This document shows, in pieces, positions 1 to 9,591 of a stretch of 64,000 bases of DNA. The stretch's first letter is position 1. The number at the start of each line of letters is the position of its first letter. The stretch lies in the sequence record DRR723986_833; one strand, 5' to 3'. Made by a program: the position numbers and the translations under genes. The notes under the pieces were generated by a model, which was given only the letters and a program-made list of their open reading frames with translations, was not told the DNA's origin and did not search any database.

Positions 1-42
1 ACAATTGGATTAGTGTGAACAGGCCCTAGCACACGCCCAGGC

Positions 43-1092
43 TTATTCACTGCGCGCCGAGCGGCGACTTTTCCCCGGTGACTCGCCTGTCCAGCGGCGA
101 TAGGCGCGCTGGAATGCGCTTTGTTCTGAGAACCCCAGCAGTGCTGCGACATCCGCCAGGCTCAGTTCCGGGTCAGCCATATACTGCTCGGCCAGGGTTT
201 GACGCAGTTCGTCGATCAATTGCCGAAAGCTCAACTCTTGCTCAGCCAGCAGGCGCCGCAGCTTGCGTGGGCTGACCTCCAGTTTCTGTGCGATGTGGCT
301 TAGGTCCGGGGTGCCATTATGCAGTTGCTCGGCTATGCTGCGTTTGCAATCTTTCAGCCATTGCGGCGGCTGCGCCCGGCTTAGCTGCTTCAGTTGCTGT
401 TCACAAATGTCGTCGAGCATGGCCAGCGCCTGAACATTGGCCATTTGTATCGGCAAATCCAGTGCCGCCTCCGGGAAGGCGAGGCTGTCGACGTCGGCAT
501 CGAAATATACCGGGCAGCCGAAGAAGCGTTGCAATTCTTCGCTGTCTTCGGGGGCTGGATGCCGAAACCGGATCCACGAGGCGCGAATATCGCTGCCGGT
601 AAACTGAGGAGCAAGGGTTTTGACAACGGCGAAGTTGAGCTCGGCATGGTGGTGGCTAAGGGCGATTTCCGGCGGCAACAGACAATGCCAGCGCAGCACA
701 ACATCGCCGTTTTCGTGCACCACCTCGTCCCGGAAAGCGTCGTAATCTAAACCCGAGTAACGCACTAAGCGCTGTACTTGCTGTTCTACATTGGCGCAGG
801 CGAACTGCGCCAGCGCGCCCACCCCCACATGTCCTGGTCGCACGAACTGGCCCATATGCAAGCCCAGGTGCGGGTCGCGCAACTGCGCTGCGGCACTGTC
901 GAGCATGCTTGCATAACAGAGGTAGGGGATGCGTTTTTCGGGTTGTTCCAGCAGTTCAACAGGCAGGCCGTGGCTTTCCAGTAGCTGTGAGGCAGGCAGA
1001 CCGTTGGCGTCGCAGTAATCGGTGAGCAATCGCAGGAAGTGCACCGCAACGGTGTACTGCATTGCATCGTTGTCTGGGCTGGCCTTGTGCAT
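43..1092 (-). CDS. AraC-family transcriptional regulator (OruR/SphR-type N-terminal ligand domain)
   Basis: C-terminal double HTH (SPRKLRRLL...LADVAALLGFSEQSAFQRAYRRWTGESP). Start probably ATG 1092 or 1062 rather than 1155. Confidence 0.93.
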   Translation of the reverse strand: MHKASPDNDAMQYTVAVHFLRLLTDYCDANGLPASQLLESHGLPVELLEQPEKRIPYLCYASMLDSAAAQLRDPHLGLHMGQFVRPGHVGVGALAQFACANVEQQVQRLVRYSGLDYDAFRDEVVHENGDVVLRWHCLLPPEIALSHHHAELNFAVVKTLAPQFTGSDIRASWIRFRHPAPEDSEELQRFFGCPVYFDADVDSLAFPEAALDLPIQMANVQALAMLDDICEQQLKQLSRAQPPQWLKDCKRSIAEQLHNGTPDLSHIAQKLEVSPRKLRRLLAEQELSFRQLIDELRQTLAEQYMADPELSLADVAALLGFSEQSAFQRAYRRWTGESPGKSRRSARSE

Positions 1093-1165
1093 GGTTTGGC
1101 GTGTGTGAACTGTGAATCGTTGCCTTAAGGTACTACAGTCCGGCGCGCTGATCATCTGCCAACCG

Positions 1166-1201
1166 TGGACAGTTGGGTCAATTTCCAGGCATTAAGGTCA
1201 A
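1166..1201 (+). promoter_or_regulatory. Candidate AraC-type direct repeat (GGTCAA x2, 20 bp apart)
   Basis: GGTCAA at 1176-1181 and 1196-1201 in the divergent intergenic region next to the AraC gene. Confidence 0.4.
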
Positions 1202-1322
1202 GATGCCCTTGTCAGAGCGAGCTATGCTATGCACTAACTACCCCTTGTGCAGCCAGCAACGGAGAGGCAATGATAATAATGAATACAGTGTGGACGTTCG
1301 GGCAATTTCAGGAAGGCAGGCT

Positions 1323-2606
1323 ATGAAGCGCCGCCGGGTATTAGCGGCCGCTGGCGCCACAATGGCGGCAGGGCTGGGCGGCTTGTGGTTGCGCCCCGGT
1401 GACAACGGCGAGCCTTATAACGCCTATTTTCGCCGCCTTAACGACGAGTTACAGCGCAATGGTCCTATGCGCCCGGTGATGGTGATAGATCTGGATCGCG
1501 TTGACTATAACCTGGCCTTGGTCACCGACAGTCTGGCCAAAACCGGCAAGCACTATCGCATTGTAGAAAAGTCACTGCCCAGCATGAAGCTCCTTGACTA
1601 TGTGTCAGCTAAGTCCGGGAGTAAGCGATTCATGAGTTTCCACCAACCCTTTTTAAATCACGATGCACGAAATATCCCCGACGCTGATCTACTGCTGGGT
1701 AAGCCATTGCCGTTTAAGTCGGCCGAGGAATTTTACGCGCGCCATCGCGGTAGTTTTGACCCCTCTCGCCAGCTGCAGTGGTTAATAGATACCCCACAGC
1801 GTTTGCAACAATACCTGGAGTTGGCAAACCGTTTGGGCACCTCCATGTTGGTAAACGTTGAGATCGACGTTGGCCTTCACCGCGGTGGTGTTGATAGTGA
1901 TGAGGCGCTGATCGCTATTCTCGACCTGATCCACGCTCACCCCGAGCAACTGACCTTTAGCGGCTTTATGGGTTACGACGCCCATGTTGGCGCAGGGGTG
2001 CCGGGTATTTTGGGTAGCCCCGAGGAGCTGCTCGATAAAGCCATGGCAAGCTATCAACACTATGTTGATCTCGCCCGGCAACGCTACCCGGCGATGTGGC
2101 AGGGCAGTCTTACCTTAAACACTGGCGGCAGTCCGAGTTATCGCCTGCACGAGCGAGAATCATTGAGTACCGAAGTGAGTGTGGGAACGGCGCTGCTCAA
2201 GCCCAGCCACTACGATCTTGCCACCCTGGAAGGGCACCGCCCCGCGGCGTTTATTGCCACGCCGGTGCTCAAGACAGAAGGGCCAATTCGCCTGCCTGCA
2301 CTGGACGATAAATCGGCTATTTTCTCGTGGTGGGATGTCAATCAGCGCCAGACGTATTTCGTTTACGGCGGCTATTGGCGCGCAGACTACGAAGCGCCGC
2401 AGGGGCTGCAATTCAACGCTAACTTTGGCCACAGCGCCAACCAGGAAATCGTCAATGGCTCCCCGGCAACCAATTTGCGGGTGGATGACCACGTGTTCTT
2501 AAGGCCGATGATTAGCGAGAGTGTGCTACTTGAATTTGGCGATCTACTGGTACTGCGCGGTGGCGAAATCATCGACCAGTGGCCGGTAATGTCGCAAAAC
2601 GTTTGA
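1323..2606 (+). CDS. DSD1/alanine-racemase-fold PLP-dependent enzyme (SphD-like), Tat-like signal
   Basis: Fold-type III motifs VIDLDRV, YRIVEKSLPS (PLP Lys), VEIDVGLHRGG, GFMGYDAH, TGGSPSY, EVSVGT. Start MKRRRVLAAAG at 1323 with RBS GGAAGG. Confidence 0.88.
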   Translation: MKRRRVLAAAGATMAAGLGGLWLRPGDNGEPYNAYFRRLNDELQRNGPMRPVMVIDLDRVDYNLALVTDSLAKTGKHYRIVEKSLPSMKLLDYVSAKSGSKRFMSFHQPFLNHDARNIPDADLLLGKPLPFKSAEEFYARHRGSFDPSRQLQWLIDTPQRLQQYLELANRLGTSMLVNVEIDVGLHRGGVDSDEALIAILDLIHAHPEQLTFSGFMGYDAHVGAGVPGILGSPEELLDKAMASYQHYVDLARQRYPAMWQGSLTLNTGGSPSYRLHERESLSTEVSVGTALLKPSHYDLATLEGHRPAAFIATPVLKTEGPIRLPALDDKSAIFSWWDVNQRQTYFVYGGYWRADYEAPQGLQFNANFGHSANQEIVNGSPATNLRVDDHVFLRPMISESVLLEFGDLLVLRGGEIIDQWPVMSQNV

Positions 2607-2646
2607 CGCGCTGGCGAGCACCCCGGCGGACTAAGAGGAAAAAACA

Positions 2647-3012
2647 ATGAAAAAACGCATCGCATTGCTGCTGCTTGCCGGTTTTTCCGGCCTCGTTGCC
2701 TGCAGTTCAGAAACGGGTGAAAGTGCCGCCGAGGCAGCCGCACCGATTGCAGCGCTACAAATTAACGACCCGGTGTTGCGCCGTACCTACGAAAGCTCCT
2801 GCATGAATTGCCACGGTGTTGCCGGTACCGGCGCGCCGATCAGTGGTGATGTCGAGGCCTGGGCGCCGCGATTGGCCAAGGGGATGGACACCCTGTTGGA
2901 TCACAGCATAGATGGTTTTAATTCCATGCCGCCGATGGGCATGTGTCCCCAGTGCTCAGAGGATGACTTTGTCGCACTGATCGAACTGATGGCTGGTGTA
3001 CAGGGAGAATAG
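2647..3012 (+). CDS. Cytochrome c5-family lipoprotein (SphB-like)
   Basis: Lipobox LVAC; heme motif CMNCH; c5-type WAPRLAKG and MPPMGMCPQC. Confidence 0.9.
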   Translation: MKKRIALLLLAGFSGLVACSSETGESAAEAAAPIAALQINDPVLRRTYESSCMNCHGVAGTGAPISGDVEAWAPRLAKGMDTLLDHSIDGFNSMPPMGMCPQCSEDDFVALIELMAGVQGE

Positions 3013-3014
3013 TT

Positions 3015-4406
3015 GTGGCTGTTACTCGCAGAACCGTTCTTAAGCAACTCTCAACGGCCGCCGCCCTGGGTGCGGTGACTAGTTGGAGCCCCGTATCGGC
3101 GGCCGCGCGGCGTCGAAGACTGATTCCGTGGTCGAACTGGTCCGGTGGCCAGCGCTGTATTCCCGCGCAACGGGTCGCGCCCACCAGCGAAGCGGCCATT
3201 GCCGACTTGCTGGAAAACAGCCGCGGCGTGGTGCGGCCGGTTGGGGCCTCACACTCCTTCTCTGCGTTGGTTCCGACCGATGGCACGCTGGTGTCACTGG
3301 CGCAATTGACGGGCATGATCGGCCATAACCCTGACACCCTGGAAGCGGAATTTTGGGCAGGAACGCCCATGTCGCAGATGGGGCAGCCGCTGCATGAGGC
3401 GGGGCAGGCGCTGGTCAATATGGCGGATATTGATTACCAAACGCTGGCGGGAGCCATTGCAACGTCTACCCATGGAACCGGCATCGACTACGGTTCCTAT
3501 TCGGCGTATGTCAGCGGCCTGCGCTTAATTACCGCCAGTGGTGACGTACTCGATTGCGATGCGGAAAATAATCCCGAGATTTTCTCCGCCGCTCGCGTTT
3601 CATTGGGCGCCTTGGGGGTAATTACCCGCATTCGCATGAAAAACCGGCAACCGTTCCGCGTACATGAGCAAACCTGGGTGCAGGACACCAACGAACTGCT
3701 CGAAGATGTAGACCGCTTGCGCAAAGAGAATGATCGCTTTGAATTTATTCCCATACTGCATTCGGATGTTTCGCTGTGCGTGACACTGAACGAAACTAAC
3801 GATCCGAACACGCTGCCCAAAGAGGGCGGTGGTGATGGCGACAAAGTGGGCTTGTTGCGCAATGTGCATAAATACGCAGGGGGCTTTCCGAATGCTCGGG
3901 CATCGCTGGTGAATACGCTGGCTAAGCAGATGGATTTTCCCGACGTGATCGACCAGTCATACAAGGTGTTTGCCAATGTGCGCGATCAGCGGTTTAACGA
4001 AATGGAGTACACCGTGCCCGCCGAGGCTGGCCCGGATTGCTTGCGAGAGATCATGGCACTGGTGCGCAAGAAGAACTTGAACAGCTTTTTGCCGCTGGAG
4101 TACCGCTATATCAAGGCCGATGATATACCGCTGTCAATGTTCAGCGGTCGCGACGGCTGCGCGATCTCTGTGCACCAGTCTTACGAGCTGGACTACCACA
4201 ATTTCTTCGCCGCAGTTGAGCCCATATTCTGGAAGTATGAAGGCCGTCCGCACTGGGGGAAACTGCATAGTCTGAATGCGGCGCAGCTTTCCAAGCTGTA
4301 TCCCCAGTGGCAGGACTTTACGGCGCTGCGTGAAGAACTCGATCCCGATGGGCGCTTTTTAAATGGTCACCTGGCCTCTGTTTTTGGGACGCGCATGCGC
4401 AACTAA
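3015..4406 (+). CDS. Tat-exported FAD-linked oxidoreductase, arabinono-lactone oxidase family (SphC-like)
   Basis: Twin-Arg TRRTVLK; WSNWSG, VGASHSF, GAIATSTHGTG, SLGALGVIT, GRPHWGK, LDPDGRFLN. Confidence 0.92.
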   Translation: MAVTRRTVLKQLSTAAALGAVTSWSPVSAAARRRRLIPWSNWSGGQRCIPAQRVAPTSEAAIADLLENSRGVVRPVGASHSFSALVPTDGTLVSLAQLTGMIGHNPDTLEAEFWAGTPMSQMGQPLHEAGQALVNMADIDYQTLAGAIATSTHGTGIDYGSYSAYVSGLRLITASGDVLDCDAENNPEIFSAARVSLGALGVITRIRMKNRQPFRVHEQTWVQDTNELLEDVDRLRKENDRFEFIPILHSDVSLCVTLNETNDPNTLPKEGGGDGDKVGLLRNVHKYAGGFPNARASLVNTLAKQMDFPDVIDQSYKVFANVRDQRFNEMEYTVPAEAGPDCLREIMALVRKKNLNSFLPLEYRYIKADDIPLSMFSGRDGCAISVHQSYELDYHNFFAAVEPIFWKYEGRPHWGKLHSLNAAQLSKLYPQWQDFTALREELDPDGRFLNGHLASVFGTRMRN

Positions 4407-4456
4407 TACGGCGTGCTAAACCGCTTAGCTAGCTGCTGCTAATAAGGAAATTATTG

Positions 4457-6784
4457 ATGAAATCCGCATTTATTCGCCCTCTGCTGTGCATGGTTGGTAT
4501 TGCCTCGGCTGGCGTCGTGCAGGCTCAGTCGCGGGTCTTGGAAGAAGTGATTATCACCGCGCAAAAAACCGAGCAGAGTCTGCAGGACGTGCCTATTTCG
4601 GTGACCGCTGTCGACGGCGAGTTTATGCAGGATGCCGCAATCGGCGATTTGCAGGAGCTGTCAGTTTTTGTTCCCAATGTTCGCATGGACGATAACGACC
4701 CCGGTTCTCCGCAGATTTTTATTCGCGGTTTCGGTACCAATACCTTTAATCCGAGTTTTGAAAGCTCCGTGGGGCTGGTGCAAGACGAGCTGTTTATGGG
4801 GCGGGCCGGTTATTTTACCGAAGGTATGTTTGATGTCGGTCGCGTTGAAGTGTTACGCGGCCCACAGGGCACGCTGTTTGGTAAGAATACCGTGTCAGGT
4901 GTTTTCAACGTATTCAGCCGCCCCGTCACCGAGGCGTTCAGCGCCAACGCCGAGCTGCGCGCAGGCGAGTTTGGTGAACAGCGAGTAGAGGTGGGTGCCG
5001 GGGGCATGGTCAACGATTGGTTTGGCCTTCGTTTTGCCGCGATGGATACCCAGCGCGACGGCCAATTGCATAATCAGTTTAGCGGGCGCGACCAAGAGGC
5101 TTCTGAGCAGGATGCTCAGCGCTTAAAACTGCTATTTGTTCCCAGCGATGCCATGGAGATCGAGCTCATTGCGCTGGAGTCACAAACCGAAATGGCCTAT
5201 TGGCCGAAGCAGCTAAAAGCACTGGATGCGGATACGCGCGACTATCTGGCCGATTTTGATGCCAATATTGAAGATGACCCGGAAGACTTCACCACTAGCA
5301 TGAACCGGGACGGCGAGCTGGAGAAAGGGTCAACAACCTATAGCGCCAAGTTGTCATACAGCTTTGGCGAAGTTGGCGCATTGCGCGACTTGAATATGGT
5401 TGCCGTGTTGGGGCGCAGCGATTTTTTTGTTGAGCAAGACCAGGATATGGATGTTTCACCGGCAGATTTGCTCACCCTGTTTAACCGCGAGGACTACCGC
5501 CAGGACACCTTGGAATGGCGCTTTACGGGTAATGCCGAAAGCTTGTTTGGCTTGGGGAATGACCTGCAGTTTGTCGCTGGGTTGTTCTACTTCGAGTCGG
5601 ACTACGAACTTAATGCCAAGCTCCAATTAGGGGATGACATCGGCAGCTGGCTGGGAACCGACGACGCCCAACAAATGGCAGGCAGTGATGCGATCTTGCT
5701 GCCCGCGCTACGACTACTGGCGCAAACAACCACCGACGACCATTTCCGTTTTCACTACTTGCAAAACACCGAGTCGCTGGCGCTGTTTGGTCAATTCAGT
5801 TTGAGCCTTGGCGATAACTGGGTGGTGACACCGGGGCTGCGCTTTAATCGCGAAGACAAGCGCATTGATAGTTTGGGAGAGTCGGCCTGTAGCAGTACCA
5901 CCATGCTGCCCGCGTTGGCCTGTGTCACGCCGCTGTTACTGGATACCCAGGACTACAACAAGCGTGGGCTCGAGCGTAACGAACGCGACGTGTCGCCCAA
6001 ACTCTCTGTTATGTACTACCTGAGCGAAGAAACCAATGTCTTTGCAACCGTGAGTCGCGGTTTTAAAAGCGGCGGTTTCAATGCTATTTCGTTCACCGGC
6101 GAAGACATTGAGTTCGACGACGAAAATGCAACCACGGCGGAGCTGGGAATCAAGGGGCGTTTCTTCGACCGCAGTCTCAGCGTGAATGCCACCTTGTACC
6201 GCACCGAGTTTGAGGACCTACAGGTCCTGGCATTTAATGGCGTGTTCTTCGACGTTAGTAATGCCGCTACGGCAACCTCGCAGGGCCTGGAGGTGGATTG
6301 GCAGTGGCTAACGCCCTGGGAGCCGCTGTCAATGTCGGGGTCGCTGGGTTTGCTTGATGCGCGCTACGACGAGTATCAAGGCGCGCCCGCGCCGGTCACG
6401 GATGGCATTGATCAGCGCCAGGACCTCAGTGGCGAGCGTATCGCCTTTGCCCCCGAAGTGAGCGCGACACTGAGCCCCAGCCTGCACTTTACGCTGGGCG
6501 ATGCCTTCAGTGTGAATATCGCGGCGGATATCATCCATCAAGGTGAGCAATACACCGATGTCGACCTCGACGACAACACCCGTGTACCTGCTAACACCAA
6601 GCTTAATTTGCGCCTGTCGCTTGCCAGCGCAGATGAGTGGTGGAGTGCCACCGTGGGTGTGAAGAATGCGAGCGATGAGCGCACTCAGAATCAGGTGATA
6701 GACTCGGTGCTGTTCCCGGGAACCTACTATGCTCAGCAAAACCCTGGACGCCAGGTATACGGATCGCTGCGCTTTAACTGGTAG
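4457..6784 (+). CDS. TonB-dependent receptor
   Basis: Signal peptide, TonB box LEEVIITAQK, plug motif VEVLRGPQGTLFGKN, GFKSGGFN, C-terminal LRFNW. Confidence 0.95.
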   Translation: MKSAFIRPLLCMVGIASAGVVQAQSRVLEEVIITAQKTEQSLQDVPISVTAVDGEFMQDAAIGDLQELSVFVPNVRMDDNDPGSPQIFIRGFGTNTFNPSFESSVGLVQDELFMGRAGYFTEGMFDVGRVEVLRGPQGTLFGKNTVSGVFNVFSRPVTEAFSANAELRAGEFGEQRVEVGAGGMVNDWFGLRFAAMDTQRDGQLHNQFSGRDQEASEQDAQRLKLLFVPSDAMEIELIALESQTEMAYWPKQLKALDADTRDYLADFDANIEDDPEDFTTSMNRDGELEKGSTTYSAKLSYSFGEVGALRDLNMVAVLGRSDFFVEQDQDMDVSPADLLTLFNREDYRQDTLEWRFTGNAESLFGLGNDLQFVAGLFYFESDYELNAKLQLGDDIGSWLGTDDAQQMAGSDAILLPALRLLAQTTTDDHFRFHYLQNTESLALFGQFSLSLGDNWVVTPGLRFNREDKRIDSLGESACSSTTMLPALACVTPLLLDTQDYNKRGLERNERDVSPKLSVMYYLSEETNVFATVSRGFKSGGFNAISFTGEDIEFDDENATTAELGIKGRFFDRSLSVNATLYRTEFEDLQVLAFNGVFFDVSNAATATSQGLEVDWQWLTPWEPLSMSGSLGLLDARYDEYQGAPAPVTDGIDQRQDLSGERIAFAPEVSATLSPSLHFTLGDAFSVNIAADIIHQGEQYTDVDLDDNTRVPANTKLNLRLSLASADEWWSATVGVKNASDERTQNQVIDSVLFPGTYYAQQNPGRQVYGSLRFNW

Positions 6785-6870
6785 CTCCGGCGTCACTGCG
6801 ACGATATGTCCCGCCCACTTGCTCGCCTAAACGGCGATAATGGTGGGGCATGTCACCTCGGAGCGCGTCT

Positions 6871-7446
6871 ATGTCTGTTAAAACATCCCTCATCGCCATA
6901 CTCGCTGGCTCTCTTGCCGTATCGGCCATCGCCGAGCCCCAGCAACCGACCCAGCCCAGTGCTGCTGAAATGCAAGCGCAGGCCCTGCCTATCGTGAAGC
7001 GCTTTGGTGTCACCTTGAAGCCGCAGTTGCAGGCAGCGGTGAAGTCGGGAGGCTTTGCCCATGCCATCAACGTGTGTGCGGATATTGCACCGGCCATTGC
7101 CGCGCAAATTAGCCAGGACACGGGTTGGACAGTTAAGCGAGTCAGCCTCAAAGCGCGCAACCCCAATGCGGTGCCCGACGCCTATGAGCGAGGCGTGCTA
7201 GAAGATTTTGAGCGGCGTAAGGCTGAGGGAGAGGCGGTCGCAGCGTTAAACGATGGCCAATGGCAGGATGGTCGCTATCGCTTTATGAAGGCGCAAGGCG
7301 TGGAAGGTTTATGCCTGAATTGCCACGGCAGCAATTTGGCGCCACCGGTAGTAAAAGCCTTGTCTGAACGCTATCCCCAAGACCGTGCGACGGGCTATGC
7401 GGTGGGAGACATCCGCGGTGCGATCAGCCTGATCGCCCCAGAATAG
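6871..7446 (+). CDS. DUF3365/Tll0287-like periplasmic c-type heme protein
   Basis: Signal peptide; RVSLKARNPNAVPDAYE, CLNCH, YPQDRATGYAVGDIRGAIS. Confidence 0.85.
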   Translation: MSVKTSLIAILAGSLAVSAIAEPQQPTQPSAAEMQAQALPIVKRFGVTLKPQLQAAVKSGGFAHAINVCADIAPAIAAQISQDTGWTVKRVSLKARNPNAVPDAYERGVLEDFERRKAEGEAVAALNDGQWQDGRYRFMKAQGVEGLCLNCHGSNLAPPVVKALSERYPQDRATGYAVGDIRGAISLIAPE

Positions 7447-7503
7447 GCGGTGTTCGACTCGTCTTTTTGGAGGTCGTCCATTCGGATGGGCAGCTGAGCG
7501 CAG

Positions 7504-7545
7504 TTGATCTATATCAAATTCCAGTAACGGGGCGCCCCTTACTCT
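7504..7545 (+). promoter_or_regulatory. FNR/ANR box (TTGAT-CTAT-ATCAA) with -10-like TACTCT, class II geometry
   Basis: Perfect TTGAT-N4-ATCAA at 7504-7517 and TACTCT at 7540-7545. The box centre falls at -41.5 from a predicted TSS near 7552. Confidence 0.8.
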
Positions 7546-7556
7546 GTGTGCCATGA

Positions 7557-7577
7557 GTTGTCACAAGTGGTGACAAC
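7557..7577. promoter_or_regulatory. Inverted repeat GTTGTCAC-N5-GTGACAAC (operator or 5' hairpin)
   Basis: Perfect 8-bp arms between the predicted TSS and the kshA RBS. Confidence 0.55.
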
Positions 7578-7600
7578 AGCGAACACAGAGGACAGCCGCC

Positions 7601-8677
7601 ATGAACAAGCCCCTGCGCGAACCCTACATCATCGAAACCAAGCCCCTGCCAGAGCGCTACGCGAGGGGCTGGCATTGTCTGGGTAAAGCCAGCAGTTTTG
7701 GCAGTGAGCCTACGGCATTAAATTATTTTGGCAGTAAATGGGTCGCGTTTCGCGGAGAGGAGAGCGGCGAGCTATTTGTAGTCGGCTCCTATTGCCCGCA
7801 TATGGGGGCGGACTTGAGTCGTGGCAAAGTGTGCGGAAACTCGCTGCGCTGCCCCTTCCATGAGTGGAGCTGGGGTGGCGATGGGGTCTGTGACGATATC
7901 CCCTATGCCGACCGCATTCCCCCGAAAGCAGTGATTCCCTCGATGCCGGTTATGGAAGAAAACGGCCTCGCCTTTGTCTGGCACGACCCGGAGGGTCATC
8001 CACCCATTCCCGAGCAGCGTCCACGCCGCAACAGTGATTATTTTTCTGGCGAGTGGTCAGATTGGAATATTGCCGAATTTACCATTCACTCCAACTGCCG
8101 TGAGCTGGTCGATAACATGGCCGATATGGCGCACTTTGGCCCTGTTCACTACTCCCAAGTGCAGACCTTCAAAAACATTCAAGACGGGCACACCTACACG
8201 CAGGTGATGTCGGGTGGTCACGATATTCTGGCCGACGAGGGCAAGGGCTTTACCTCCGTTGCGACCTACGAAGGGCCCGCGTATATGACCACCACCATGG
8301 TCGGTTCGATGGACGGGCGCGAAGTCACGACCCACCTGCTGGTGAGCCACGTGCCGGTAAACATGGAAGAATTCATCATTCGCTTAGGCGTCATGGTTAA
8401 GAAAGACCCAAGCCTGAGTGAAGAGGAAAATACCGCCTTAGTGCAGGCCTACACGCAGATGTCGGTCGACTCCTTCGTGCAGGACGTTGAAATTTGGAAC
8501 AACAAAGTTCGCATTGATAACCCACTAATGTGCGACGGCGACGGCCCGATTAATATGCTGCGCAAGTGGTACAGTCAGTTCTATATGGACGTTGCGGACA
8601 TCCCGGATAACATCACCGCGCTGAAAGAGCACGAAACGCGAATCAAGTATCCCCACGCTCAGGCGGGGTCAGAGTAA
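7601..8677 (+). CDS. kshA: 3-ketosteroid 9alpha-hydroxylase oxygenase subunit (Rieske), KshA-like
   Basis: RYARGWHCLG; Rieske CPHMG...CPFHEW; mononuclear Fe motif DNMADMAHF..VH; QDVEIWNNK..IDNPLMCDGDGP. Confidence 0.88.
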   Translation: MNKPLREPYIIETKPLPERYARGWHCLGKASSFGSEPTALNYFGSKWVAFRGEESGELFVVGSYCPHMGADLSRGKVCGNSLRCPFHEWSWGGDGVCDDIPYADRIPPKAVIPSMPVMEENGLAFVWHDPEGHPPIPEQRPRRNSDYFSGEWSDWNIAEFTIHSNCRELVDNMADMAHFGPVHYSQVQTFKNIQDGHTYTQVMSGGHDILADEGKGFTSVATYEGPAYMTTTMVGSMDGREVTTHLLVSHVPVNMEEFIIRLGVMVKKDPSLSEEENTALVQAYTQMSVDSFVQDVEIWNNKVRIDNPLMCDGDGPINMLRKWYSQFYMDVADIPDNITALKEHETRIKYPHAQAGSE

Positions 8678-9570
8678 TGTCACTGACACGCATTAACGCT
8701 CTCGGTTATGTGCTGATCGAGACCCGTGACACCGCCCAGTGGGCGCACTTTCTCACGCAGGTTGTTGGCCTGCAGGCGGCGGGTCGCTCGGCGGACTGGG
8801 ACCTCTATAAAATGGACGCTTACTGCTGGCGAGTGGCTGTCGTGCACGGCGAGCGAGAGCGCTTTCATACCGCGGGCTGGGAGCTTGCCGCCGATGAGGA
8901 CTTGGAGGCACTGAGTACACGTTTGGCCGAGCAGGGCGTGCACGTCAGCCGCCTAAGCGAGGCGGCATGTGCGCAGCGCAAAATACGTGACGGACTGGCC
9001 CTTAACGACCCCAGCGGTCAGCGAGTTGAACTGGTGAAAAGCTGCGCGCTGGACTGTTTAGCCTTGCAAAGCGATGTCGGCGTGCCAGCGTTTGAAACCG
9101 GCTTCAACGGCGACATGGGGCTGGGGCACTATGTGTTGCCAACCCGAGAGTTCGACGCCTGTATCGATTTTTATCACAGGCTGTTGGGTTTTGAGTTTAC
9201 CGATTCCATGCAGCTGGGCGAGCAGGGCCTGCACTTTCTTCATGTCGATAACCCCCGGCACCACAGCTTGGCCATTTACCAAGATCCGAATCCGGCGGCG
9301 AGTGGCTGTGTGCACCTGATGTTTGAGGTGCCCGACCTCGATCAACTGGGACTGTTTATGGACCGTTGCCGCAGCCACAACGTTGGTGTGGCCGCGTCGC
9401 TGGGCAAACACTGCAACGACCAGATGGTATCGGTGTATGTAAATAGCCCAGGCGGTTTTGCGATTGAGTTTGGCTGCGGCGGATTGCAGCTGGATTGGCA
9501 GCACTACCGCCCCACCTTTAGTACGCGCCCCTCACAGTGGGGACATCACTGGCAGCACGCCGACAACTAG
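8677..9570 (+). CDS. hsaC: Extradiol ring-cleavage dioxygenase, HsaC/TesB-like
   Basis: VOC/BphC motifs ALGYV, GLGHYVL, NPRHHSLA, HLMFEV, LGKHCNDQM, SPGGFAIEFG. Start overlaps the kshA stop (TAATG). Confidence 0.82.
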   Translation: MSLTRINALGYVLIETRDTAQWAHFLTQVVGLQAAGRSADWDLYKMDAYCWRVAVVHGERERFHTAGWELAADEDLEALSTRLAEQGVHVSRLSEAACAQRKIRDGLALNDPSGQRVELVKSCALDCLALQSDVGVPAFETGFNGDMGLGHYVLPTREFDACIDFYHRLLGFEFTDSMQLGEQGLHFLHVDNPRHHSLAIYQDPNPAASGCVHLMFEVPDLDQLGLFMDRCRSHNVGVAASLGKHCNDQMVSVYVNSPGGFAIEFGCGGLQLDWQHYRPTFSTRPSQWGHHWQHADN

Positions 9571-9591
9571 CAAGAATTGAGGTAGAAAATA

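Noticed and set aside
7447-7500. GTTCGACTC resembling a tRNA T-loop
   Set aside because: Flanks do not pair into a T-stem and no cloverleaf can be built.
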